In this document: piece after piece, positions 22,837 through 31,024 of the stretch
Position numbering within the stretch: position 1 is the first letter of the stretch
How the letters are laid out: the number at the start of each line of letters is the position of its first letter
Assembly (NCBI GenBank): GCA_000830275.1
Contig: CP010424.1
Span: 1,080,001 to 1,112,000, forward strand
Origin: an archaeon GW2011_AR10
Lineage (GTDB): Archaea > Iainarchaeota > Iainarchaeia > Iainarchaeales > GW2011-AR10
Length of the DNA stretch: 32,000 nucleotides
Reading direction: 5' to 3'
Translations under genes and position numbers: made by a program
Notes under the pieces: model-generated
Seen by the model: the letters and a program-made list of their open reading frames with translations, nothing else
The model's database searches: none
Told to the model about the DNA's origin: nothing

Positions 22837-24567
22837 TTATTTCTTTTCATCTATTTCCTTCCGCAGTTTTTCAACAAAACCATCAATTTTTTCGTTAAAG
22901 CGAACTTTTCCGTTCCGCTCCCTAACCGCAATTGTTTTATTGTTTTTCTCTTTCTCTCCCACGATTACAATGTAGTTTACTTTCTGCATCTGCGCGTTTC
23001 TCACCTTGTAGGAAACAGTTTCATTGCTGAGGTCAAGTTTGCTCCTAATCCCTGATTCCACAAGCTTTCTGTGCACTTCCTCCGCGTACTTGTTGAAATT
23101 TTCCCCCACAGCTAAAATCCTAACCTGCTCCGGGCTGAGCCACAAGGGAAACGCTCCAGCAAAGTGCTCGATTAGTATTCCGATGAATCTCTCCATTGAG
23201 CCATAAACAACCCTGTGAAGCATTATTGGCATTTCTCGCTCATCTTTTTCGTTAATGAAAAACAGCTCAAACTTTTCAGGCATTAAAAAATCAACCTGGA
23301 TTGTTGCGCACTGCCATGTCCTGCCAAGAGAGTCCTTTATGTGGAAATCAATTTTTGGACCATAGAATGCCCCATCCCCTTCATTCACTTTGAACTTTGC
23401 TTTCCTTTTCTTTAAGGTGTTCTCTAGTGCAGCAGTGGCCTTTTTCCACGCTTCATCCGAGCCCATCGCGTTCTCCGGCTTTGTGCTAAGCTCTATGTGG
23501 TAAGAGAAACCGCATTTGCCGTAAACAAAGTCAATTAACTCAATTACTTTTCCAATCTCTTCCTCTATCTGCTTCAGAGAGCAAAAAATGTGTGCATCAT
23601 CCTGCGTGAACTTCCTCACCCTGAACAGGCCGTTCAGGACACCGCTTAATTCATGCCTGTGCACAATTCCGAATTCAGTTATCCTTTGTGGAAGCTCCCT
23701 GTAAGAATGCCGCGAGTTCTTGTATATGAGGATGTGGCCAGGGCAATTCATTGGCTTAATGGCGTAACCCTCTTCATCTATTTCAGTGAAGTACATGTTT
23801 TCCTTGTAGTGGTCCCAGTGCCCTGACTTCTTCCAGAGTTCTTCCTTCATTATTATTGGCGTTGTCACTTCAACGTAGCCGCGCTTGAACTGCTCTTTCC
23901 TCAAAAAGCCCTCTAGCTCGTTCCAGACAATTTTTCCTTTTGGGTGAAAGAAAACTGTGCCAGGCGCTTCCTCCTGCATCGAGAAAAGGTCAAGCTCTTT
24001 GCCCAGCCTCAAGTGGTTTCTTTTCTCGGCTTTCTCTACTCTCTTGACCCACTCTTCGAGCATGCTTTTTTCCGGGAAAGCAATGCCATAAATTCTCTGC
24101 AGCATAGGATTTTTTTCGCTGCCCCTCCAGTAGGCCCCGGATGTCTTAACAAGCTTCACTGCCTTGATTTTGCCCGTGCTTTCAACGTGGCCCCCCTTGC
24201 ATAAATCCAGAAACTTCCCTTGGCTGAAAACAGTGAGCTTTTTTCCCTCACCTGCAAACTCGTTTATTAGCTCTTGCTTGAATTGGTTGCCCTTAAACAA
24301 CTGTAAGGCTTCTTCTTTGCTGATTTCTTTGCCTACAATTTTGTCATTTCTCTTAATAATTTCACTCATTTTCTGCTCTATTTTTTTCAAATCATCAGGA
24401 GTGAATGGTTTTTTCACATCAAAGTCATAGTAGAAGCCTTCCTCTATCGGCGGCCCAATAGTTGGTTTTGCATCAGGGAAAAGGCTTGTAACCGCTTCAG
24501 CCAAAACATGTGAGGCAGTATGCCACAACTGTTGCCTGTATTCTTGCTCGGACCATTTTCCAGCCAT
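22837..24567 (-). CDS. thrS: Threonyl-tRNA synthetase (bacterial-type N2 editing/SAD domain, class II core and anticodon-binding domain; no TGS domain)
   Basis: 576 aa. It has the HxxxH motif (WHTASHVLAEA), GAYWRG, class II motifs (FRVRKFTQDDAHIF, GAFYGPKIDF) and a C-terminal anticodon-binding region (IVIVGEKE). Confidence 0.95.
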   Translation of the reverse strand: MAGKWSEQEYRQQLWHTASHVLAEAVTSLFPDAKPTIGPPIEEGFYYDFDVKKPFTPDDLKKIEQKMSEIIKRNDKIVGKEISKEEALQLFKGNQFKQELINEFAGEGKKLTVFSQGKFLDLCKGGHVESTGKIKAVKLVKTSGAYWRGSEKNPMLQRIYGIAFPEKSMLEEWVKRVEKAEKRNHLRLGKELDLFSMQEEAPGTVFFHPKGKIVWNELEGFLRKEQFKRGYVEVTTPIIMKEELWKKSGHWDHYKENMYFTEIDEEGYAIKPMNCPGHILIYKNSRHSYRELPQRITEFGIVHRHELSGVLNGLFRVRKFTQDDAHIFCSLKQIEEEIGKVIELIDFVYGKCGFSYHIELSTKPENAMGSDEAWKKATAALENTLKKRKAKFKVNEGDGAFYGPKIDFHIKDSLGRTWQCATIQVDFLMPEKFELFFINEKDEREMPIMLHRVVYGSMERFIGILIEHFAGAFPLWLSPEQVRILAVGENFNKYAEEVHRKLVESGIRSKLDLSNETVSYKVRNAQMQKVNYIVIVGEKEKNNKTIAVRERNGKVRFNEKIDGFVEKLRKEIDEKK

Positions 24568-24649
24568 CAGCTCACGTTAATACTTAGAACCGCAAAAGAA
24601 GAAATAGGTTTCTGTTCCTGCCTGCTCAACAGTTGGTTTTGCTGATGTC

Positions 24650-24714
24650 AAAAACCACCGACTGAAGTCGGTGGCATGTTTTGATGCTTCTAATAGAAGC
24701 AAGTGGTTTTTGAC
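24650..24714. other. Nested stem-loop cluster between thrS and nreA
   Basis: GTCAAAAACCAC (24650-24661) pairs with GTGGTTTTTGAC (24703-24714). This encloses CCACCGAC-tgaa-GTCGGTGG and GCTTCT-aat-AGAAGC hairpins. All were read directly. Confidence 0.5.
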
Positions 24715-24732
24715 AGTAGCAATTCCACTAAA

Positions 24733-24752
24733 CCACTGTTTCAAAACAGTGG
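24733..24752. repeat. Perfect 9+9 palindrome CCACTGTTT-CA-AAACAGTGG; second copy of the 3100-3119 element in inverted orientation
   Basis: The 9-bp arms are identical to those at 3100-3119. About 20 nt on each flank is also similar after reverse-complementing. AATTCCAC (24721-24728) can alternatively pair with GTGGAATT (24749-24756). Confidence 0.8.
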
Positions 24753-24825
24753 AATTGCCTGATTTGAATACCGCCATACACTGCCATATAACATCAATTA
24801 ATTGTTTTCTTTAATAATACTTTAT

Positions 24826-26085
24826 ATGAAGGGACCGCATGGAAAGGTCACTCCGTCTCCTGAGGTTTGCGTTAAGTGCAAGGGCCGCCTTTGGTGCGGG
24901 CCAAACTGCTTCATTCTTGATAGGTTCGAGAAAAAGCAGAGCGCACTAAAATCAATGGAGGGCAGGGAACTGCATGGAAAAACCCCTCCAGGCGTTTTTG
25001 TTTCATGGTATGGTTACCCAAAAATAAACTTTTCCCCAATGGCTCCTGCCCTTCCAAGCGAAGATTCCTGGATGACTGATGACACAGACAAATGGTTCGG
25101 CTTGCATGCAGAAAAAATAATTTCTTTCAGGGAAAACCTTGTGAGGGGCAGTATGCAGCTCAAGGCAAAGCAGGCTTCAAACCCATCATATGCATTGCTT
25201 GACGTGCAGGAAACACTTATGGCAAAAAAGCCGGTGGAAATTGAAATGGAGCTAAAGAATGCACCGCACGCAAGGAGCCTCTCGTTTTCCGACTTTCATG
25301 CGCCGATGGGCCCGCAAGCAGAACTCAAAAAATTCACCTTAACAGAGAACCCTTCCGTTAACAGAAGAATTGATTCCCTTGTTTCAGACACTGATGTAAA
25401 AGCAAAAGACGCAATGGTTGAGCTTTATGGGAGCAATGTTGGGGTAAACCAGCTTCACAAGATTTTAAGCGCCGGAATGCTCGGAGTGAAAAAAAACAGG
25501 AAGTTAACCCCAACTAGGTGGTCTATTGTGGCAATTGATAGCAACTTATCAGAGCACTTCATTGAAGAAAGAATAAAGCACTTCCCTCAATTGCAGCAAA
25601 TCCAGTTATTTCACTCAGCGTACCTTGAAAACTACTACTTCATCCTGCTTTTGCCGCGCGAGTGGAGCTTCGAACTGCTTGAGGCATGGATGCCTGGGGC
25701 TTCTTGGGCATTGGAAGCAAAGGAACCGCAGTTCATGGCTGATTACGAATTCTATGATGGAAGAAAGGATTACGCTGAAAACACTGCTGGCGGCTACTAT
25801 GCTGCAAGAATTGCAATTGCAGAGCACCTTCTTGAAAAAAAAAGGCAGGCAACAGCACTGGTTTTCAGGGAGATTGGAGATTCAGGGATTCCAAGCCTTG
25901 GAGTTTGGAAATGCAGGGAAACAGTGCGAGATGCAATGAAAAAGAAGCCGCTCTCATTCAACAGCCTTGGGCTGGCACTAAAGTACGTTGAGTCAAAGCT
26001 TTCAATCCAGTTAAAGTACTGGAAAAAGCACTCACAGATTTTAGACCAAGTGCTCCACCAGAAAAAGCTGTCCGACTTCTCTTAA
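24826..26085 (+). CDS. nreA: Archaeal DNA repair protein NreA (Nre_N/Nre_C family) with C-terminal PIP-like box
   Basis: The ATG at 24826 gives MKGPHGKVTPSPEVCVKCKGRLWCGPNCFILDRF, the Cys-rich Nre N-terminus. About 419 aa. The extreme C-terminus QKKLSDFS fits QxxLxxF of a PCNA-interacting peptide. The track start at 24802 is a TTG. Confidence 0.75.
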   Translation: MKGPHGKVTPSPEVCVKCKGRLWCGPNCFILDRFEKKQSALKSMEGRELHGKTPPGVFVSWYGYPKINFSPMAPALPSEDSWMTDDTDKWFGLHAEKIISFRENLVRGSMQLKAKQASNPSYALLDVQETLMAKKPVEIEMELKNAPHARSLSFSDFHAPMGPQAELKKFTLTENPSVNRRIDSLVSDTDVKAKDAMVELYGSNVGVNQLHKILSAGMLGVKKNRKLTPTRWSIVAIDSNLSEHFIEERIKHFPQLQQIQLFHSAYLENYYFILLLPREWSFELLEAWMPGASWALEAKEPQFMADYEFYDGRKDYAENTAGGYYAARIAIAEHLLEKKRQATALVFREIGDSGIPSLGVWKCRETVRDAMKKKPLSFNSLGLALKYVESKLSIQLKYWKKHSQILDQVLHQKKLSDFS

Positions 26086-26089
26086 AGTT

Positions 26090-27052
26090 TTACTCGTCTT
26101 TTTTCATGAATTGAGCGAGCAGTGCTTCTAACTGGATTCTCTCATTTGCTCCTTCAACCAGCCTGAAATTGTATTCCCCTATCTTGTCAACCAATTCAAT
26201 CTTTCTCTTGCTTGGGAGCTCTTTTTCTGGCATAGCAATCACTTCACGGTACATTTGAGTTACAACGTCTTCCCCCGACATTCCATAGTCATACATTAGG
26301 CTGCGGAGTTTTTCCCCGGCTTCAATAAAATTTCCTTTTAGCGCTAAGTCAATCATTTCCCTTATTTCAGCCGGCCGTGCCCTGCTTGCAACATTGAAAA
26401 CACTTTTCTCGTCAACTTTTTTGCTCAATGAACTGCTTGCCTGCAGGACATTGACTGCCTTCCTCAAGTCGCCTTCGCTTACATAATTGATTGCTTCAAT
26501 TGCTTTCGCATCAACTGTTATTCCTTCTTTTTCTGCAATCTCCCTGATTTTCTTTTCCACTTCCTGTGGGGAAAGGCCGCGAAACCTGAAAATAACGCAC
26601 CTTGATTGGATTGGCTCGATAATTCTCGAAGAGTAATTGCAGCTCAGAATAAACCTTGTGGTTCTGGTGTACTTTTCCATTGTTCTCCTGAGTGCCTGCT
26701 GTGCATCAGCAGTCAGGGCATCTGATTCATCAAGAAAAATTATTTTGAAGCCAGAATCGAATGCAAGCGTTCTTGCAAACTCTTTGATTGTTGTCCTTAC
26801 AACGTCGATGCCACGGTCATCACTCGCATTGAGCTCTAAAAAATTCTGGTTAAAAGATTTGCCAAACAATTCTTTTGAAAGAGCAACCGCTGCAGAGGTT
26901 TTTCCAACCCCAGCCGGGCCGGCAAACAACATGTTGGGAACGTTCCTGTCCTCGGCAGCCTTTTTCAATCTTGCAGTTATTTCTTTTTGCCCAACGAGTT
27001 CGTCAAGTTTTTGCGGCCTGTGCTTTTCAATCCAAGGCAATCCAATGTCCAT
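26090..27052 (-). CDS. rfcS: Replication factor C small subunit (clamp loader)
   Basis: 320 aa. It has PWIEKHRP, Walker [14 protein letters not shown]-like LDESD, the SRC motif (QSRC) and RFC boxes throughout. Confidence 0.95.
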   Translation of the reverse strand: MDIGLPWIEKHRPQKLDELVGQKEITARLKKAAEDRNVPNMLFAGPAGVGKTSAAVALSKELFGKSFNQNFLELNASDDRGIDVVRTTIKEFARTLAFDSGFKIIFLDESDALTADAQQALRRTMEKYTRTTRFILSCNYSSRIIEPIQSRCVIFRFRGLSPQEVEKKIREIAEKEGITVDAKAIEAINYVSEGDLRKAVNVLQASSSLSKKVDEKSVFNVASRARPAEIREMIDLALKGNFIEAGEKLRSLMYDYGMSGEDVVTQMYREVIAMPEKELPSKRKIELVDKIGEYNFRLVEGANERIQLEALLAQFMKKDE

Positions 27053-27274
27053 TCTACCCCCAGAAAGAATTTTCCATGATAACAGTTTTAAACTAATGTC
27101 AGCACTTATTTATATAACAAATGACCTTACTTTGTCAAACATTTTTGTCATTTGCTATCTGTCAGGTGACAATAAATATTCAAAAATTAAAGCAGGTTGC
27201 TATAGCAAATGAACAATAATTGTTCAATTATTAATGTAATTCGCTATAACAAAAAATTTTGTGGAGCGTAGACA

Positions 27275-27754
27275 ATGAACTCAAACCAAGCCTTAAAAGT
27301 TGTTTTTCTGTTTATTCTGTCGTACATTCTGCTTTACTCGCTTGGAGCTGTTTTTGGGGCCTTGACTGGCTTCAGGGATTGGGGTTTCACCACCAACATA
27401 TTCAAGCTAGATTACTTTTACTTTCTAATCCCTATTCCGGCCTTCTTTTTCATGTTCTTCTTGGTTGACTGGATTGAGCAATACTTTGAAACAAAGCTTA
27501 CGAGAAACTTTATTTTCCCTGTTTTTTTCGTTGCACTGGCGCTTATCGCATACTATGTTGCAGTATTCTGGTTTTACTGTAACCTGTTCAGCTTGGCCGA
27601 GGAATCAGTGTGCTCTGCCAACGGCTCATCTGCTGCAATGCAGTATGTCTCACAAACCTTTGTTTCCTCTCTTTTACAGTCACCTTACATAATTTTCGTG
27701 CTTGCAGCGGTTTTGGGGTGGCTTTCAAAGCTCTTGGTCGAGCGCTTCGAGTAG
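27275..27754 (+). CDS. Small integral membrane protein, unknown function
   Basis: 159 aa with 4-5 hydrophobic segments. GGAG lies 9 nt upstream of the ATG. Confidence 0.55.
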   Translation: MNSNQALKVVFLFILSYILLYSLGAVFGALTGFRDWGFTTNIFKLDYFYFLIPIPAFFFMFFLVDWIEQYFETKLTRNFIFPVFFVALALIAYYVAVFWFYCNLFSLAEESVCSANGSSAAMQYVSQTFVSSLLQSPYIIFVLAAVLGWLSKLLVERFE

Positions 27755-27808
27755 CTGCGCCCAATGCTTTTTAAGCCTTTCAAGTGAAAAATATATGGGG
27801 TAAAATGC

Positions 27809-28552
27809 ATGGTGGCAAAACTGGTTTCAAGGGTCTTAAAGCACTATTCAGATAATTTCATTACCGTGCTTGGTTTTGCCATGCTGCTGGTTTTCGTGCT
27901 TTTGTTCCTGCAGCTGCCGTCCAATTTCCTTTCCTCCGGCTCCATAATGCTGGAATTCAGCATCTTGTCCGAGAACTTGCTTGAGTCAGCTGTTCTGCTT
28001 CTCTCTGTAATTGTTTTCCTGCTGATTTACTCTGCCTTTGTCGCATTAATTGTTTTCGCCGTAAGGAAAGACTTCGGAAAAGTGAAGCTTTACTATTACT
28101 TGAACGAAAAAGTGTACAGCTTCGCTAAAAGATACTTTTTGTTTAACCTGGGTTTCTCTGCGGCCCTTTTCGTGCTTTTATCCGCATTTGTTTATTTGTC
28201 CGCGCCAGAAGCATTAACTGCTTTTGTGCTTTTCGTGGTTGCCGCGCTTTTCATTTTTGTGCCGCAGTCAATTGTTGTTGATGAGGGCTCTATAGAGGCA
28301 TCGATTTTAAACAATTTTGAGTTCATAGGCCAGAACAAGAAATACTTTTTTTTGGTTCTGGCTGCAGGCATAGTGCTGGTTGCATTAATCAACCTCGCTG
28401 AATTTTTTATTGACAGCCTTTTCTTTGTCGGCAGCTTCATAACCATTGCATTGTCGCTTATTGTGGTTGTGCCGCTAATGGAAATACTAAAAACTGAGTT
28501 GTATACAAGAAAGTTTGAATTGGTTAAACGCACCATTCACATAAGCCGATAA
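27809..28552 (+). CDS. Integral membrane protein, unknown function
   Basis: 247 aa with about 6 hydrophobic segments. No recognisable motif. Confidence 0.55.
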   Translation: MVAKLVSRVLKHYSDNFITVLGFAMLLVFVLLFLQLPSNFLSSGSIMLEFSILSENLLESAVLLLSVIVFLLIYSAFVALIVFAVRKDFGKVKLYYYLNEKVYSFAKRYFLFNLGFSAALFVLLSAFVYLSAPEALTAFVLFVVAALFIFVPQSIVVDEGSIEASILNNFEFIGQNKKYFFLVLAAGIVLVALINLAEFFIDSLFFVGSFITIALSLIVVVPLMEILKTELYTRKFELVKRTIHISR

Positions 28553-28565
28553 ACCAGCACAAAAT

Positions 28566-30194
28566 TCAAGCCTTTGCATCCAATAAAATGAATTCCGCGT
28601 TTTCATCCATTAATGCTTCAAGTTCTTTTATGCTGTTGCATGAGTGCAACCGCAAAAAATTTTTCTTGAATGGCGCGAGAGCATTTCCTTTTGCTTCCGG
28701 CACTTCAGCAAAAAACTTTCGGTTAACTTCCGCAAATTTGGCTATGCCGGCGGCGTCGCTGAACTCATTCACAACCCACTTGTTTCCTGTGCTTTTGAGG
28801 ACTGCTGAAAGCATTTTTTCCGCGAGCTTTGCGTTTCCTTCCCCGCCAAGATTCATTGCTGCGCTCTCAAGGCCATAGATTCCCAGGGCTGGCACAAATT
28901 TTTCTATTTCAATTTCGTTCTCTTTAAGGTAAGGCTTTTCCGATAGAATGGTTTCCTTTAAATCAGCTGCTGCCTTGAATTCACCAAGTGTTTCCTCAAG
29001 CAATTCAAAGAAGCCGTTTTCCTGCGAGTCAAAAGCCATTTTTTCGAGGTTTAATCCAAAATACTGGCTGATGCCCTGGCCTTTATCCAGATAAATTTTC
29101 TCAGTTAAAGGTACAACTCTCTGCTTTGAGCAGTTGAGGAAAAGAAGCCCTTTTTCAAGCAGCGGCCGGTCAATGAGCTTCAGCCTAAATTTTGAATCGC
29201 ATGAAACCGCAATAGAAAAATTGAATTCCGACCTGTTTTCATTAAATGTGTGGATTGTTTCCAAGGCGAAATCAACTGCATCATCTATTTGGGCAGGGCT
29301 TAAGTCCAATTCTCCATCAGAGAAGAGGTCAAGGCCTAGCACTGGTTTAACATCCGTGCATTCGAAAAGTGCCCTGTCAACCTGCCCCAACAGCATCAGC
29401 GCATAAAACCGTTTCTTTTTCTTCGAGCTTTTCCCTAGCAGCTTGGCAAAAGAAAAATTTGCCGAACGTGCAGCCGGAGCCAGCGAAGAAAATTTTTTTA
29501 ATGCGCCAAGTTTTTTTCCAAACTCAATTACTGCATTTTCAATTGAGGTTGAATTTAACTTCAAAAAAGTTGACTGTGCATAAGGCTTCGAGCTGAAGTC
29601 CTCCGCTGCGACAATGTGGGCCAAGGAGTCAAAATGGAGCTGCCTTGCTTTTTCCGGAATCGCTTCAAGCCAGTTGAATTCCAGGAGTATGTCCTTGTTC
29701 TCGTAAATGCCTCTGCTTAACTTTTTTTTGACGTCAAAAACCGGGAGGCCGAGCCTTGCATACTGCCTGTGTGCTTCTTCCTGCCCGAACTCCAGCAGCT
29801 TGACATTAACCATTTCCCTGATTAATGCGGTATTCAAGTAATTTATGTTTAGGTCCTTTATTTTGTCTTCAACTTCGGCACCAATTTTTTCTGCGGTTGT
29901 TCTGCTCAAAGTCGTTTCTTTCAGGAGTGAGTGAATTATGTTGCCTCTGTCAAAACTTTCTCTTACGCCGCTGGAAGTGTACACACTCAGCTTCTCGAAT
30001 GATGAATACACTTCCGCTGCCTTGGGGTTGATTTCTCTCAGCAGCTCAACCGCTTTTTTTCTGAGTTTTTTCTCTGGCTGCTTTTCGTTTTCAAGCCCCT
30101 TGATTATTTTTAGGATATCCCATTTTGTAGCGCCGGCTTCCTGGAATTCCTTTGCAATCTTTTCAACTGTTTCCTTTACTGGGCTTCCATCCAT
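28566..30194 (-). CDS. ATP-cone domain protein with degenerate NrdD-like (class III RNR) N-terminal architecture; no glycyl-radical or Zn-ribbon C-terminus
   Basis: ATP-cone-like repeats are present: AVELLREINPKAAEVYSSF, and VRESFDRGNIIHSLLKE...TAEKIGAEVEDKI...LIREMVNVKLLEFGQEEAHRQY. LHFDSLAHIVAAEDFSSKPY resembles the NrdD aHxxGxIhiHDLxxxxxpYC block but has lost the His-Asp and Cys. The ATG is at 30194; the track start at 30242 is a TTG. Confidence 0.6.
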   Translation of the reverse strand: MDGSPVKETVEKIAKEFQEAGATKWDILKIIKGLENEKQPEKKLRKKAVELLREINPKAAEVYSSFEKLSVYTSSGVRESFDRGNIIHSLLKETTLSRTTAEKIGAEVEDKIKDLNINYLNTALIREMVNVKLLEFGQEEAHRQYARLGLPVFDVKKKLSRGIYENKDILLEFNWLEAIPEKARQLHFDSLAHIVAAEDFSSKPYAQSTFLKLNSTSIENAVIEFGKKLGALKKFSSLAPAARSANFSFAKLLGKSSKKKKRFYALMLLGQVDRALFECTDVKPVLGLDLFSDGELDLSPAQIDDAVDFALETIHTFNENRSEFNFSIAVSCDSKFRLKLIDRPLLEKGLLFLNCSKQRVVPLTEKIYLDKGQGISQYFGLNLEKMAFDSQENGFFELLEETLGEFKAAADLKETILSEKPYLKENEIEIEKFVPALGIYGLESAAMNLGGEGNAKLAEKMLSAVLKSTGNKWVVNEFSDAAGIAKFAEVNRKFFAEVPEAKGNALAPFKKNFLRLHSCNSIKELEALMDENAEFILLDAKA

Positions 30195-30313
30195 AACTAC
30201 ATTAGTGTGCCAAAAAAGTTTAATTAAAATCCCAGAAAACAAACCACTGCTTTTGAAAAGCTAACTTTTTATACCTTTTGTGTTTGAATTACTAATGAAT
30301 TGTTGGTGTGTTT

Positions 30314-30787
30314 ATGGAACTGGTTTTGGACAAGGTTGACCACAAAATAATCCAGCACTTGCTTCAGGACGGCAGAAGCTCTTTTAGTTCCATTGCAAAG
30401 GACGTTAACCTTACCGATGTTGCAATAAAAAAAAGGGTTGAGAGGCTTAAGAGGAAAGGCGTCATAAGCGCCATAACTGCTGACTTAAACTTAAAGGTTT
30501 TAGGGTATGAGAACCCGATTTTTGTTCAAATCCGTTCCGAGATTTCGAAGAACAAGGAGCTTATAAAGCGCTTGAAGGAGTTTGACTACATCATTGAGCT
30601 TCACCAAGTTTTAGGGGAGTACAACCTTCTTGCAAAGCTTGTGGTGCCAAACCTTTCGCTTGCAGAAAAATTCATTGAGAAGCTTGGCGTGCTCGATGGA
30701 GTGCTTGACATTAAAACCCTTGTCATTTTAAGCGAGCTCAAGAAAACGAATTCTTTGCCCATATTCTCCCTGCAGAAAAAACTTTAA
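30314..30787 (+). CDS. lrp: Lrp/AsnC-family transcriptional regulator
   Basis: N-terminal HTH_AsnC (LDKVDHKIIQHLLQDGRSSFSSIAKDVNLTDVAIKKRVERLKRKGVI) plus a C-terminal RAM/AsnC_trans_reg-like domain. The ATG is at 30314. Confidence 0.9.
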   Translation: MELVLDKVDHKIIQHLLQDGRSSFSSIAKDVNLTDVAIKKRVERLKRKGVISAITADLNLKVLGYENPIFVQIRSEISKNKELIKRLKEFDYIIELHQVLGEYNLLAKLVVPNLSLAEKFIEKLGVLDGVLDIKTLVILSELKKTNSLPIFSLQKKL

Positions 30788-30799
30788 GGCAAAAACCAT

Positions 30800-30817
30800 A
30801 CTTCGTCAATTGTCGAA
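30800..30817. promoter_or_regulatory. Quasi-palindromic motif ACTTCGTCAATTGTCGAA (core TTCGTCAA|TTGTCGAA) abutting a TATA-like box; a second copy lies at 12950-12967
   Basis: It is followed by TTTTTATT (30821-30828), 23-30 nt upstream of the ATG at 30851. It sits 13 nt after the lrp stop. Confidence 0.6.
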
Positions 30818-30850
30818 ACCTTTTTATTCTCTTTGCCGTAAACTTATTTT

Positions 30851-31024
30851 ATGCTGTCAGAGTCAAAGGCGCAGATTTCAGTTGAGTTAATAATCGTAAT
30901 TGCAGCAGTTGTGGCGATTGTTCTGTTGCTCGTTTCACAGCTCCGAGAGACAACAAGTGAAGGCGCAAAAGTAATAGACGAAAAAACAGAGAAAATATTC
31001 AAGGAAATAGATGAAATAAAATGA
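30851..31024 (+). CDS. Small class III signal peptide pilin (57 aa; absent from the ORF track)
   Basis: Hand translation gives MLSESKA|QISVELIIVIAAVVAIVLLLVSQLRETTSEGAKVIDEKTEKIFKEIDEIK*. Its stop overlaps the next ATG (ATGA at 31021-31024). Confidence 0.75.
   Translation: MLSESKAQISVELIIVIAAVVAIVLLLVSQLRETTSEGAKVIDEKTEKIFKEIDEIK

Noticed and set aside
24640-24720. C/D-box sRNA reading (TGATGT ... CTGA ... TGATGC)
   Set aside because: The C-like and D'-like boxes have roughly the right spacing (13 nt). However, there is no terminal D box (CTGA) at the expected distance after the C'-like box, and the boxes deviate from RUGAUGA.
24568-24760. A thrS leader acting as a tRNA-Thr anticodon-arm mimic or T-box-like element
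   Set aside because: The hairpin loops are 2-4 nt (ttca, att, tg on the minus strand). None presents a 7-nt loop with an NGU anticodon-like triplet, and no T-box specifier or antiterminator features are present.
24577-24777. 66-aa minus-strand ORF between thrS and nreA
   Set aside because: It runs through several perfect stem-loops and the palindromic repeat element. It has odd composition and no motif. It is more likely non-coding structured or regulatory DNA.
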